Of a stretch of DNA of 64,000 bases, positions 37,771 through 49,874 are shown one piece after another; positions within the stretch are counted from its first letter, which is position 1; each line of letters opens with the position of its first letter. Origin of the DNA: Eremomyces bilateralis CBS 781.70 (taxonomy: Eukaryota); assembly GCA_010015585.1 (NCBI GenBank), contig ML975152.1. One strand, 5' to 3'. Below the pieces are notes generated by a model. It was given only the letters and a program-made list of their open reading frames with translations, made no database searches and was not told the origin of the DNA. Made by a program: the position numbers and the translations under genes.

Positions 37771-40700
37771 CGTACATGGGAGAGAGCAGTCCCTTTTGAC
37801 CGGTACGGCCCGGAAGATGTCGATTGACTTAACGCGTGTCGTGCATGCGCCATGGCGTCCCTTCTCCCTAGGGGAGGATTGTGAATGTTTTGATACTTGA
37901 GCTCTAGAATCTGGATGTTCAGGAACAGTCGATCAACCCTCGACGGACTGGTTCACTGGTTCACTGGTTCGGTGGCGGACGAGCCTTAACGCAAGCTCCG
38001 ACCAGGAGTCGATTCATATCCGCCCCAGCCACCGGATGGCGCGTTGGCGACACGACTTGATTTCTTGATCATGGCATATACCACGGGAGCGCTAGTGATC
38101 GAGCATGCCTCGTTCCACAAAGCGTATCGATGTCTCAACTCTCAAGGATGAAGGTCAGAGAATGGAGTGATCGATTCGTCATATGGCGGACCCGGGACCA
38201 CTGACCAGCCACCGTGTCTTTTCTTCCACCATCCTGAGTAGCCACGGAGTCATGACGATCTCAATGGGAAAGGCATCCGGTTAATAGCGGCGTGCCAGCT
38301 TCAAAGTGGATTATCGCTTGTCAACGGCGGAATGGCGGCGATACAAGCCGCTGATGACTTTGTGTATATGTGCCACCCTCTCAGGTCGGCGTCCCTCAAA
38401 AGTCAAACCCAATGAAAACAACATCCCGGAATATATTTCGCGCAAATTTGAGACGTCTTGTTCCCGATAGAGTGGGGGTTTTCAGCTTTAAGCGCTATCT
38501 TCGAAAATCCATCCCTCACCTAACACCTTTCATGAGATTCCCGCAGGAGGGATGATGCTGCGGTATACCGGGTCAAGGTCTAGTAGAGTTGATACCATCT
38601 CAGAATGGAAGTCCGATGCCACAATTTATGACATGCCCGGACTTCTCTGCTTCAAGGCTTCCAGCACCCCGCAATATCGTCATCCGTAGTCCGTCGCACC
38701 CACGTTTCTTCCGTGCTCAAGACCTGCCAGGCTACCATGCAGCGTAAAACTGTAAATGGTAAGGATATGGATCACCTAGACTATCAGACGTGGACCTGAT
38801 GGCTGACTGCCAATATCCTTGCTTTCCTCGTGGACTGGAGGCATTATTTAAAGGGATTGCCCCTTATCAATCTGTGCACTGGTTGAGGCGACAGTCGGGC
38901 TTCTGCAGGCCGTAAACTTGGACAATACCCAGTCGCACAGGAAAACAATGGGATGGTGTCTTCGGACATGATGTTTTTCTTCTGCCAGGAGAACCCACTG
39001 CTCGTATGAACAGCTAGGGCTCGTCGGATCGGTAGGAGTCTCCAGGCGTGCTCGCACTCTCGCCGTGCACGGCATATAATAATAACCACGAGGCGGTAGG
39101 TCGTCTGAATGTGGACTCTCGACTATGGTCGTACAAGCGGCAGGAGATGATCGGTCGGCAAGATGGTGGTGGCTGGACTCCTGGTCGGTTGTCATGCTCA
39201 GAACAAAGGGGCTGTCATCCACCATCAGAAGTCCGTACGGAGCCGTGTCGTAGAGTCAGCAAGGTCAGCAACCGACCAGCGAACACCTCAACATCCCACC
39301 AGATGTTCTTTGTTGGCCTTTTGGTTAGCGGGGGCATTTTTCCCTGGTCCGCATGTTCAAGCAACTGACACAGGGGCTTACCCTACAGCCCTTATCCCCG
39401 TGCTACCATCGACGCGTCTTAGACTCCAGGTTGAGCGGGGCATGATTAGTTTCTTACGGCATCAAGCAACACAAGTCGTGATCAAGTAATAACAGGCTGA
39501 CCTGACAACGGGCTGATAGTCCGTCAATCCGTCCGACATTTTGGCCGGGATTTTCGAGCCTTGGGAACGTTCAGCCTGCACAGTGCACACATTCCTTCAC
39601 TGGCGCAGGAAAGGTCCCAGAGGGCGGAGATGCAGGGCATGGCTGGCGGCTCCCGATGTACGCAACCGGCAGTTCCGGGACCATGCCTAGGCCAAAAAGC
39701 TGGTCCTGCAACGGTCCGGATCTGGGTTCGGAGGAGTTCTAAATTCAGACAAGTCAGCTCCTCAGGAGGACGGGAGAGAGCGTTACGCTGCATGGTGCAG
39801 GGACCAGGACGGCCGATGGATTGATATGGGAGGATTGGATTTTAGAGATGCTCGATCCGATGTCGGTACTGAGGCTTAATTATTTCGTTGTTGGTACTGT
39901 GAACGGGTGTAGAATGATTGCCTGTAGATTTTGGTACCTGATTATTACCATAATCGCTGGCTGAATTATGAATTGATGATGGTAAGAAAGATCAGCGGCC
40001 TGGATGGTTCCCTGCAATAGCTAGGTGGTTTGGTTGTTGGATGACTGCATCAATCCGGATTCGTCCCTGGTCCTCCCCAGCTTCGTGTCGATTATTATTG
40101 GTTACGGTCATCGACTCTCAGACTCATCGTGCTGTCCGCTCGTCAGCTGCCTGTCACGGTTGGAGAATTTTATTCGGAGTTTGCTGATCGATCAGATGTT
40201 GTTGGGGCAGTGGCAGCTGGCGGTCCACCCTGTTGTCCATCTCCCGCGCAGTCTCGTTTGGTTCTGACTTCTGAGGGCGTGTGCTTGAGCTCGTTCGCGC
40301 TTCGCGTCCGCGGCGTCGCACAGGAGGAGCGGCAACTAACAGCTCTCATGTTTTAGTTTTCCCTTACCAACAAGTGCAATGCGTGTGCCAGGGGCTTCCC
40401 TGCACGATCCGTTCGTTACACCAAAATCGTTCCACTAACACTGGGCCGAACTTGAACTGGCGAGACCAGCAGAGACTCGGTGAAGTGTGGACCCGAAGTT
40501 AGACTGGTTGGAGTTTAGTGAGGGCTCAGTTTGAGAGTTTAGGCTGTTTAACAGAGGGAGCCCACTCCGGCGCTCCAACGGCCCTCGCACCACCAAAGTC
40601 CACGGAGCGTCCTGGATGTCTGCACTGGAGCAGACCGCCTAGACCGACCGCCCAAACGTACCGCCTTAACATACCGTCTACCGCCTAGACAGTGAGTAGA

Positions 40701-41751
40701 CACACATCCCTGCACGGCTGCACCCACACATACCCACCGACCAGACAATACTACTCACCGTCTAAACCCCCTGTAGTACAGCCAGTAGCCCCCAGTCGCA
40801 TACCGTAGCTTGCACCAGATCTGCCTCGTTCCCTACCGATCCCCCTACTGGCCCCAGGCCACACTGCTCAAAGTTGGAGAGCAGTTCCCTCTTCCCGAGA
40901 CACTAAGACTCCAGCTCCACCCCCTTGTCCCTTTAAAGGCCCTTAGTTACTGAGTACCCCTGATAGGCTGCTGTCTGATACCCTCAGTCCAGTCCCTGGC
41001 AGTCGGCTCCCTCCTCTGCCGCTCTTCTGCGTGATCCTCTCCCCGTCTCCCGTTCCCCGTGCCTCCTCTGATCCTCTCCCACACTCCCACCACCTCCACT
41101 AACCTCTCTCCCTTCGTCTCCTCCTAATCCTCCTCACTTCACCTTTTTCCCGTTATTCCTGTACCTCCACCCCCTCAACTTGCGTCTCGACGCCTTGTCG
41201 TTCCTTATTCCCTTTTTTTCTTAACCCAGTGCTACATCACTGTCACTCCTTTTCCCATCTTTTTTCCAATCCCCTTCGAGAGACTTGCGGGCGTCATCGA
41301 CCTCCCCGTTCCCTTTGAAGGCCCATTTTCGCGGTCGTCGTCACTCCTTTCGACGCCGCCTTTTCCTCTCCTTGTTTGGCGTACGCCAGTCCGTTCCTTT
41401 GTTCTCATCTATCCAAAGAATCCCCTCTTCGACTCATCGGCTATGGCCTGATCCCATCATCTTTCTTCCCGCGGCTACTAGTGAGCCTCGACGATCCTTT
41501 CCGACTTTTTGTTCTGCAATCGCCTGGGCGGTGCTGCTTCGCTTCCCTCTCCCGTACCTCACCCTCCTTTAAGCCTTCGGTCATCGAGGCGCAACAAAAA
41601 CAGTTCAACTCTTCCATTCTTTTTCATCATACTACCGTTTACACTCCGTCGAACGAACGTACCACAAACGAAGGTCGGCGATCCCTCGACCGCGACTCCT
41701 CCACGACTCACCCCTCCGTACACCGCACCAGGTCTTGGCACCTCCTTCGCA

Positions 41752-43894
41752 ATGCAAGAAAGCTCCATCGCCATGGTGCAACCAAGCGATGGGGCAAAGG
41801 CTCTCTCTGCTTCCCCAGCGTCCACGGCGGTTTCAACCCATACCCCAGGCTCGGCACCGCGTCGACCTCCGCGTAAAAGCACCTTAACGCAGCAGCAGAA
41901 GAATCAGAAACGACAACGCGCAACTCAGGATCAACTCATCACCCTCGAAGTCGAGTTCAACAAAAACCCGACTCCCACCGCCATGGTGCGGGAACGCATT
42001 GCACAGGAAATCAATATGACCGAACGCTCCGTCCAGATTTGGTTTCAAAATCGGTAAGTTGGGCTGACTCGTGGACCTGCAGAGCCCTGGCTGACATCGG
42101 AATAGACGAGCGAAGATCAAGAATATTGCGAAGAAGAGCATCGAAAACGGGGAGGATTGCAACGATATCCCGGAATCCATGAGGCGATATCTCGCTCTCC
42201 AGGCAATGGAATCCGGTAAGTCTCTTGTGGGTCGGGACCTCCTTGGCCGCGGTCTTTCGTACGGGAATGGGCTCCTGCTCAACACCGAAACAAGCTCGAG
42301 CAAAGTCGGTATGTACTTGATCAGGGTTCTCTTCATTTATCAAATATTAACTGAGCTAGTCATCCACCATCTACATTGTCGCTCCCTTACCATCGGTTCA
42401 TGGCGTCGAGTTGGCCAGACCGCGATGGACCTCGTCATATTCTACTCGCCGGAAAAACGATGCGTTACATATTATATCAACAACGATTCGGCCGGCTACA
42501 AGATCGAATATCCTTTCAACGCGATCAAGAACATCTCGCTGGAAAGCGGAGATGCACTGAGCGCGGAGGGTGCGTCACAGCGCCCTGGAGGTCTCATCGT
42601 GGAGTTGAATCGTCCTCCCAACTTCTTCATGGACTCCTCAGGCTCCGGAGGCTTCTATCAATGTGGTGATTTCACAGAAGAGCAGCAAGCCTCCCAATGT
42701 CTCGCCCATCATCTTGGTGGCCATCCCAAGGTTCTCAGCGGGCAGTTGGCCAAACTGGTGTCGCTCGAGTCTTTCCAAAGCCGCTTCCAGACTTTCGACC
42801 CGAACGGCTTGACCGTATCCGCTCCCGTATCCCCCATCGAACATCGTCCCGCTAGCCAACCGAACCATTTCGCGCATCCGCATATGAACGGGTTCCAGGA
42901 ATCGCAGTTCGCACCGAACCTCCTCCACCCAGGACGTGGCCACAAACGACAGCGAAGCCGGTCCGTACCAGCCGCCATCGACTTTTCCATGATTCGGCAT
43001 CCCATGCCCAGCTTCCTGGTCCACCAACAGCAGCATGTTCCGTCGCCTCTGCATCAAGTCCATCCAATCGCGCCGAACCAGGGGAGTCCATTCGTCCCTC
43101 CCCAGAACCTGTTCGCGCCGGTTCCTCAGCACGCCTCACCTTCCCCGTTCCCGAACGCCGGATTCGGTCCTCCTTTGCAGAATCATCACCCTCAAGGGCC
43201 ACCGAATGGTCTATCCATCGACACGACGGCAGCATCCCCGATGGGCCAGTACTCGATGGACATGCGCGCATACCCCATGACAGCCACCACTGCTCCTTCG
43301 CCGTCCGAATTCGGCACGCCCGGGTTTTTCCCGGTGTCGGGACCGCCGGGACCGGATGCAATGCAGACCGCTCCCTTCAATCAACCATTCTCCGGCCCGC
43401 CTCAGAACCCGCAACCTATCCCCGCCCAAGTCATGACACCCATGAACGAACCCACGATGCACCACACTCCGCTCCCCGACTCCACGCCTCAAACTACGTC
43501 CATCAGCCCCATGGCCGGCGTCAGCCAACCAGTCCAGCCCCCACAGGAACAACAAAGCCAACCGTACGGCGTTTCGAACCCCGTCATCGCGACCCACTCG
43601 CCCCCGCTCGGCGCACTCGGTCGCTCCGCATCAGCGGATTTCCTCGTGGGGGCTCTACCGGAGGACGGCTCGGGGTTGCAAGAGGAAAATTTTCTTTCCA
43701 ACGATTTCTTCGGGTCCAAAGGCCAGGGCGTCACGTTGCCCATTCGCTCGCCCTTCATCGGGCATAACAGCCCGTTCAGTGCGAACGATGGAAACTATAG
43801 CTCTGGGATGGGAGACGATGATGGCTTGATGATGGGACTTGGGGAGCCGCTGGACGACGGCGTGCCTGGATTCTGGGGGGACGGGGATAACTAG
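41752..43894 (+). CDS. Homeobox transcription factor of the Pho2/Grf10/RfeB type
   Basis: Homeodomain [23 protein letters not shown]...[18 protein letters not shown] spans intron ~42054-42105. Conserved SLTIGSWRR...[16 protein letters not shown]...DFTEEQQAS block and [10 protein letters not shown]. Long pyrimidine-rich leader. Confidence 0.9.
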
Positions 43895-44895
43895 TTTCGC
43901 GATTTCGAAAACTATCTCTGCACATCCCACTCATATCATGTTGCCCTTTTCTCTTTCCCCTTTGGAAACTTTTCCTTTTTTTTGTACTTCCTTTTTTCTC
44001 AGCTCAACGACCAGGGACGGGTTCGGACGAATTTGGATTCACCAATGCGGCGTTTCACGGTCCTTGTTCATCTTTTCCGTTAACGCCCTTTCTCTTCCAT
44101 ATAACCCTCTTCGATTCTTTCCCCATCTTTTGTCTTCGGCCGTCCGCAGTGGGGCCCCCCTCTCTCCTCGGAACTTTCTTTTCTTCGTTGCTGGTGCAGC
44201 GGAACTTAATTTCGCATTTATTGGCGGACGGATCGGGCGAAGCCGGTGGGAGGATTACTTTTTGTTTGTCTTTCCATCGTGTGCCCTTTTTTTTCATGGA
44301 TAAAATGAGACCCCCGGGCGTCGCTGGCTTCTTTTCGAAATTGAAACCATCCACGCGACTTCAGGGAGCGGCGGCGGTCAAGGATGGATGGACATAAGCG
44401 AACGCCTCTGGAAGGCTTCCTTGATATGGGGGATGGGTAGCAGATGTGGAGGAATCTACAGATGGATGTAGGTCTAGCTATGTGGAATATAGATCGACAT
44501 CTAAACCTCTCCGTTGTGCCGATTTTCTTGAACTGTACCGCTATGCTTTGCTTCGTCAAATGCCACTCATTCAGTAAGATGGGTGTTTCGGTGTCCATAT
44601 CGCATTCCTCAGAGTCCCTCCATCACTAGGAGGATGGGTCAACATTCGAGATGTTACGTCTTTCATCTCCACTATGCGCTGCGCCTCTAGCATTGACGTA
44701 GTCGCTTCGTCCACTCTCTTAGCAAAAGAGCGTGCACCAATAGAACGGAAATTATCCTTCAGGGACTCAATTGAGGAACGGACAGTCGAAATGAGCGTGA
44801 TCACTTACTCGCCCCCTTTACAGGGTCTCGAATTACGGTTTGAGATATATCTAAGCTTGGGACATTGAGTTTATTAAACTAACTATGATTCTATT

Positions 44896-45552
44896 CTATT
44901 CTACCCACCTACATGACAGGATTTCAAGCGGTACCACACCGCACTGGACCAGCAGAGTACCAATCGTCGAGCCTTGCTCGACCTCCAAGCCATATTTCCG
45001 TTGTTGGCCGGTTCTCTGGCACATCTTCAGCATAGTATGGAGCTTCTTGCGTAGTCCCCCTTCCTCTCTGTATACCACCGCATAATCTGTCTTTTCAAGG
45101 AGAGCTCTCTGCTCTCGCATCCCCAATTGGTATAGGGGCAAATCTTGCTACACTGTTGTCGTAATCCAATCTTCGAACTTTCCAAGCTTTTTAGACGTGC
45201 TCGATGGCGCATGGAGAGGGAACCTTTCAAACCTCAACTCAGGTGTGACACGCGCGTCGATAATGCCACCCGAGCCTTTGAAGTTACCCGCCGGGTGGTG
45301 TAGGTCGACGGTATTGGCCGATGCCGGGACGAAAAGCGCATAGCTTGGACGCCAATCGAGATCGTCGGACTGACCTTCTTCGTTTCAGAGTCTGTCACAG
45401 ATCTTGATCCACTCCTCGCGATTCTCGAGAGGTCGGATATCCTTGTATTCCTCTTTGTCCATGGACGGGATGAAGCACGCGATCTCGAAATTCGAGAAGG
45501 TCCCTTTCTTCACCATCTCGAGTCGAGTCGTGGTCGCGAGTCCCTTTTCCAT
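44896..45552 (-). pseudogene. Probable pseudogene of unknown family
   Basis: One frame from ATG 45552 runs ~219 codons with protein-like composition, interrupted only by TGA (45385-45387) and TAG (45148-45150). A possible further exon lies at ~44571-44770. Confidence 0.5.
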
Positions 45553-46000
45553 CTGTCTACAGTGTGTAGTAAGGCGGCTAGGTCCTGGAAAACGCTAGCA
45601 ATAGGAACGTTGACTTAGTTCAGTGTCCTTAGCACACAAGAGAGAAGGACTTGTGTAACTAGGAGATATGGTTTTGTAGGGAACAATAACAAGAACAATA
45701 GGATTATAGGAAGTGGTATATACAAGTTGAAGAATCCTCAGTTTGGCTATGCGCCAATACTGTGCCTTTATATTGCCCCAACTAGGTTTAGGGTGTTCAA
45801 GCCGGGGTGCCGTTCAGAAAGTTTTGCCAGGAAGTTACGTGATGTGCGGTCTACCTTTCCCCTGCGACATCACCAAAGTTTGCTCTTTTCCCACGTTTTT
45901 CATTTTTCATTCCTCCAAACCATGCTAAAAATTAATAAATAAAAATCTATTTCGAATCGTCTCATCATTCTGATGCTAATAAAAATATCAAAAAGATGAG

Positions 46001-46104
46001 GGGCCTGGCCGGGAATTGAACCCGGGACCTGTCACATTCATAGTTAAGTGAACTTAACCGGGAAAGAACCCGAAGCGACAATCATACGACTAGACCACCA
46101 GGCC
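46001..46104 (-). tRNA. tRNA-Pro(CGG) with a 32-nt intron
   Basis: Acceptor stem GGCCTGG/CCAGGCC, D-arm TGGTCTAGTCGTATGATT, anticodon stem GTCGC/GTGAC with loop TT-CGG-G[intron 46068-46037]T, T-arm CCGGG-TTCAATT-CCCGG, and a downstream T-run terminator. Confidence 0.93.
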
Positions 46105-46681
46105 ACCGTTTGATAATAAATTTTCCGCTTTTTGGAATTTATAAAAATGCTCAAAGTGGAGATTTGACCCATTTTCTATTGTGTGGTGGAGTCATTCAAA
46201 ATTTGAGAGGGGCTGCATGTCTGGTATTACTAGCCCGCCCTAACACCCATCATTAAACATTAGGTATTTATCATGGGATCTTCCAATGTAAGTTGTCACT
46301 AAATTTATTCCTCATGCCCCTGATTTCATTTCCCCTTTCAACCATTTTATTCAATTGTTAATACAGAGCACAAGTAATAGACATAACTTTGTGTCATTGA
46401 TTTCAAAAGAATCTGGATTTTCCTGTCCCCTTATCAAATTTCGGTTCTAGTTCACTCCGGTGCCTTGGGTTGGAGTTCCGCTTCAGCAGAGGCAGCCCAA
46501 CTGGAGGCAACAATTTCTTCCATTCCTTAGTCATATTTGACAATCTGCGCTGCAGTAAATGAAGGCCTTAGTTGCATCTCTTAGCTGGCAGACATTTCTC
46601 AATCCGAATCGGACAGAAACCTTCTGGATGATCCTAGTTAAAGTCAGATCATAGTTCACTGATCAGCAGTCGAGTTCAGCG

Positions 46682-47794
46682 ATGCCGCAGAAAAACGGCA
46701 ACTTGGGAAGATCCCGAGGTGCTCCTCAAAACAAGAGCAAGGACAACCGCAGGACATCTGCTGAAACAATCGGACAGTATTCAGTGCCTCAAGCAACTCA
46801 GCAGTGGATACTCAATACCTTTTCGAAGTGTTTTCATATCGGAGACCCCATCCAGTTCAAAGAGACACTTCAAGAAGTCAAGCACCATTTATACAACAGA
46901 GACTTTGCGTCTGCATTTGGTAAACCGGAGTATCTGGCGGCATATGCAGCACGTTGGTCTCCAAGTCGGGCATTGGGCTATCTATGCGTCCTAAATGAGC
47001 TCCACAGAGATGGGCAGCTCCCACTATCAACAGTTCAACGCAGAAATACGACCGATAAAGATACGGAGATGCCGGAGTTATTCCAAACGCTTAACATTGG
47101 AGGAGGGGCTGGTGCAGAACTGATGACCTTTGCTGCGCTCGACCGGGACCGTATCAAAATGAAAGACGAAACATTTCCCACAGATGGTATCGAGATGCAA
47201 CCTCCGGTGTGGTGCCCGCGAATCTTGGATCTTGCACCCTGGGATCATATATTGGAAGCCTTGGCTGCCCAAATTAGTTCAGTGCAAAGTGGTGCCTCTG
47301 ATGATCCTGGCGGCTCATTCAACTACACGTTCCATCAGCGCAATGTGCTTGAATTCGGAAAGAAAGAGCTATCGCCCTTCCTCGAAGGCGTCAGCCTGAT
47401 TACCATTTTATTTACTTTGAACGAGTTGTTTACTGCATCATTAAGCCAAACGACCAAGTTCCTTCTCGACTTGACCATGCTCACGGCACCCGGTACGAGG
47501 CTTCTCGTGATTGATAGCCCTGGCAGTTACTCGACCGTCTCTCTACAGGGCAAAGGATCAGCTGTCGAAGACAAGGGCGGGAAAGAATACAAGATGGCAT
47601 GGTTGATGGACCACATACTACTGAAGGTTGCCCCAAGTTCTTTATCTGACAGTGGGCGTGGTGATCAAAAGCAATGTTGGGTTAAATCCGTCGACGAGGA
47701 ATCAAGGTGGTTTAGGCTTCCACCAGACCTAAAATACCCAATTCAGCTTGAAAATATGAGGATGCAGATCCATTTGTATAAACGATGTAGCTAA
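46682..47794 (+). CDS. BMT6: 25S rRNA m3U methyltransferase, Bmt6/DUF3115 family
   Basis: QEVKHHLYNRDFASAFG...YAARWSPSRALGY, SAM motif IGGGAGAE, FTLNELF, LLVIDSPGSYS and LKYPIQLENMR. Confidence 0.85.
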   Translation: MPQKNGNLGRSRGAPQNKSKDNRRTSAETIGQYSVPQATQQWILNTFSKCFHIGDPIQFKETLQEVKHHLYNRDFASAFGKPEYLAAYAARWSPSRALGYLCVLNELHRDGQLPLSTVQRRNTTDKDTEMPELFQTLNIGGGAGAELMTFAALDRDRIKMKDETFPTDGIEMQPPVWCPRILDLAPWDHILEALAAQISSVQSGASDDPGGSFNYTFHQRNVLEFGKKELSPFLEGVSLITILFTLNELFTASLSQTTKFLLDLTMLTAPGTRLLVIDSPGSYSTVSLQGKGSAVEDKGGKEYKMAWLMDHILLKVAPSSLSDSGRGDQKQCWVKSVDEESRWFRLPPDLKYPIQLENMRMQIHLYKRCS

Positions 47795-47917
47795 GTTGCT
47801 ATGGAGCTTGAAAAGGTAAGAAAGAAATTCATGCATCAAACTCGACACCTCTAATGCAAATCAGACAACTAAGCCTTCGAACGAAACCGACACATTCCAT
47901 ATTAGCCATCGTCTCGT

Positions 47918-49874
47918 TCAGAATGCCACCTCCCAGATACAAATCCTCCCGAATCCGGTCTCGCTGTCCTCCGATGCCCACCCGAATAGCATGGTAAGTC
48001 TTTGAAATAACAGGCGCTGTTCTATGATTTCCAGGTCGCTGACTGAAAGAATTGAAAGCTCCGGGGCAGAAACCCCCAGTACCTGCTCCCAGGCTTGGGG
48101 GGAGAGAGTAACCTTTCCCGATGTCGTGCTCCCGGTCTCGTCGCTCAGCTGGGTGATCTAACGCCGGCATCAGTCGCCACGAAAAATGAGAGTGAACTGC
48201 AGCCACTTAGAACGTACAATCCGAGGGTTTATGTTCATGCAAACTTCCTTTGCACACTGTTTGCAGTGTTCGTTCGGATTGTTCGAGTAAAGGGGAAGGC
48301 CGCAGCTGGGCGGGCCCATCAGCTTAAAATGATCGAATCGAACAGCATGTACTGAAGCTTACCAACTCCCACCAAAAAGCATGGCCCTTTTCATCAAGGA
48401 GGTCAAGTTGACCCGCATGATGACCATACTAAGGAATCCCATGTACTTTTCTATGCTGGTGGTCAGATCGAATCAAACGCGGAACAATCGGACTTGGATC
48501 AACTCGCCTTGGGGGGCTGCCCGAGCACTGATATCTGGTTAGCACCGACAGACACACAGTGTTTGGCAATTGCAATCGCACTCACAACTCGTCTAAGTCG
48601 GCCAAGGTGTACAGTGCCCTCAACTGGGCATCTCGCGCAGTCTCAAAATCGAACACTTCCTTTGTTAGCACGAATACCTTTAATAGCTCCAAGGACTATG
48701 CTATCGAGAAGCATGTTTATACGCGCACGATACTTACCCCCATCAGGAAAGGCCGGGCAAGCACATTCTCTCCTTGTCAATTTTGCAGCATAATTGCGAA
48801 GCCAGGCAGCATCCGTCAGTTCGGGATCTACATCAATCCAGGTCTCTGACGAAAGGCAAACCTCCAAGGAGTTCCCATTCGGTTTGTGCCCGGCATTGGT
48901 AATGAGAAGGATTGTTTGAGACGCTTTCCAATGAGACACGCTGTTGGACGTGAAGCCCCATAGACTGATGGTAGTCTCGGCAGTATCGTCGAACACTCGA
49001 ACATGCGCAACGGTAGCTAGGGTGCCACGCTTGGTGGTAACTACTCATATCAATGTCAACAGGAAAATAGCAAGTTTTTCAATTCCAGAACGCGTACCGG
49101 TTCTCTTTGGTCCCATGCTCTTCACACAAACTAGCATCTTGCCATCAGAGACGTCGGCGCCACCCTCGACGAAGTTTTTGAGAGTCATTAGACCAGATAA
49201 TGCCTGACTTCCCTGTCTGAGGCCGAGAGGGCGCTTGCATAGTACACCTTGATCACTATCCTCGTGGAGCAAGATGTTACAGCTTCGGTCCCTTTCCGGG
49301 AAGATGCTCGTGAACAATGGTGCACCAGTCACAGAGACAGAACCGCGCTCACCATACGATATGTGAGGCGTCCATATCGTAACCAAAAGGCCAAGGTAGA
49401 TGTCGTATGGTTTGTGAGCGTACCAAAGCTTTACCTGTATCTGCCAGTCAATATCTGTGAGTCCTAGGCCATCGTAGCACGTAATAGGCATGAACAAATC
49501 AATGTTGACTCGTCAACAATGATTACTACACATAGAAATATATGCCGTACCGATATAGCACCAGTGTCGTCCCGAACGATCATCTTGACACATCCTTTGG
49601 CAGCATTTTGGCCTTTGCTGGACTTGTTCTGATCAAAGTAATTCACTATTCGGCCCATGAATGCTACGCATTGTGGGCCACTATTCAGATTCCCAATGCC
49701 ATATTCCTCATATTCTCGCTGCGGGTTCCATGCTGTGTTGGCCGGAGGATCATTTGCGCAGTTAATCTCGTCATCAGTAAATCCACCGCTCATGGATGAA
49801 GCTTGTTCAGATCTGGAGGAACTGCCCTTTGAGGACGGGAAGAATGATTGAATGGAAGGAATTTGATGCGCCAT
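47918..49874 (-). CDS. Multi-OB-fold ssDNA-binding protein with C-terminal zinc ribbon, MEIOB/RPA1-like
   Basis: Manually spliced exons give FMGRIVN...VRDDTGAI...KLWY; LVCVKSMGPKR...FDDTAETTISLWG...W..SQTILLI...IDVDPELTDAAWLR; CGLPLYSN...CKQC; LSDETGS...AWEQVLG...RICIWEVAF* (stop at 47918). Confidence 0.72.

Noticed and set aside
37948..37970. (ACTGGTTC)x3, and a similar short tandem duplication near 55965-55998
   Set aside because: Simple slippage repeats with no other structure.
38844..39824. Short ORFs in the long region upstream of the homeobox gene
   Set aside because: No motif and no convincing splice model; compatible with a long regulatory region, although an orphan gene is not excluded.
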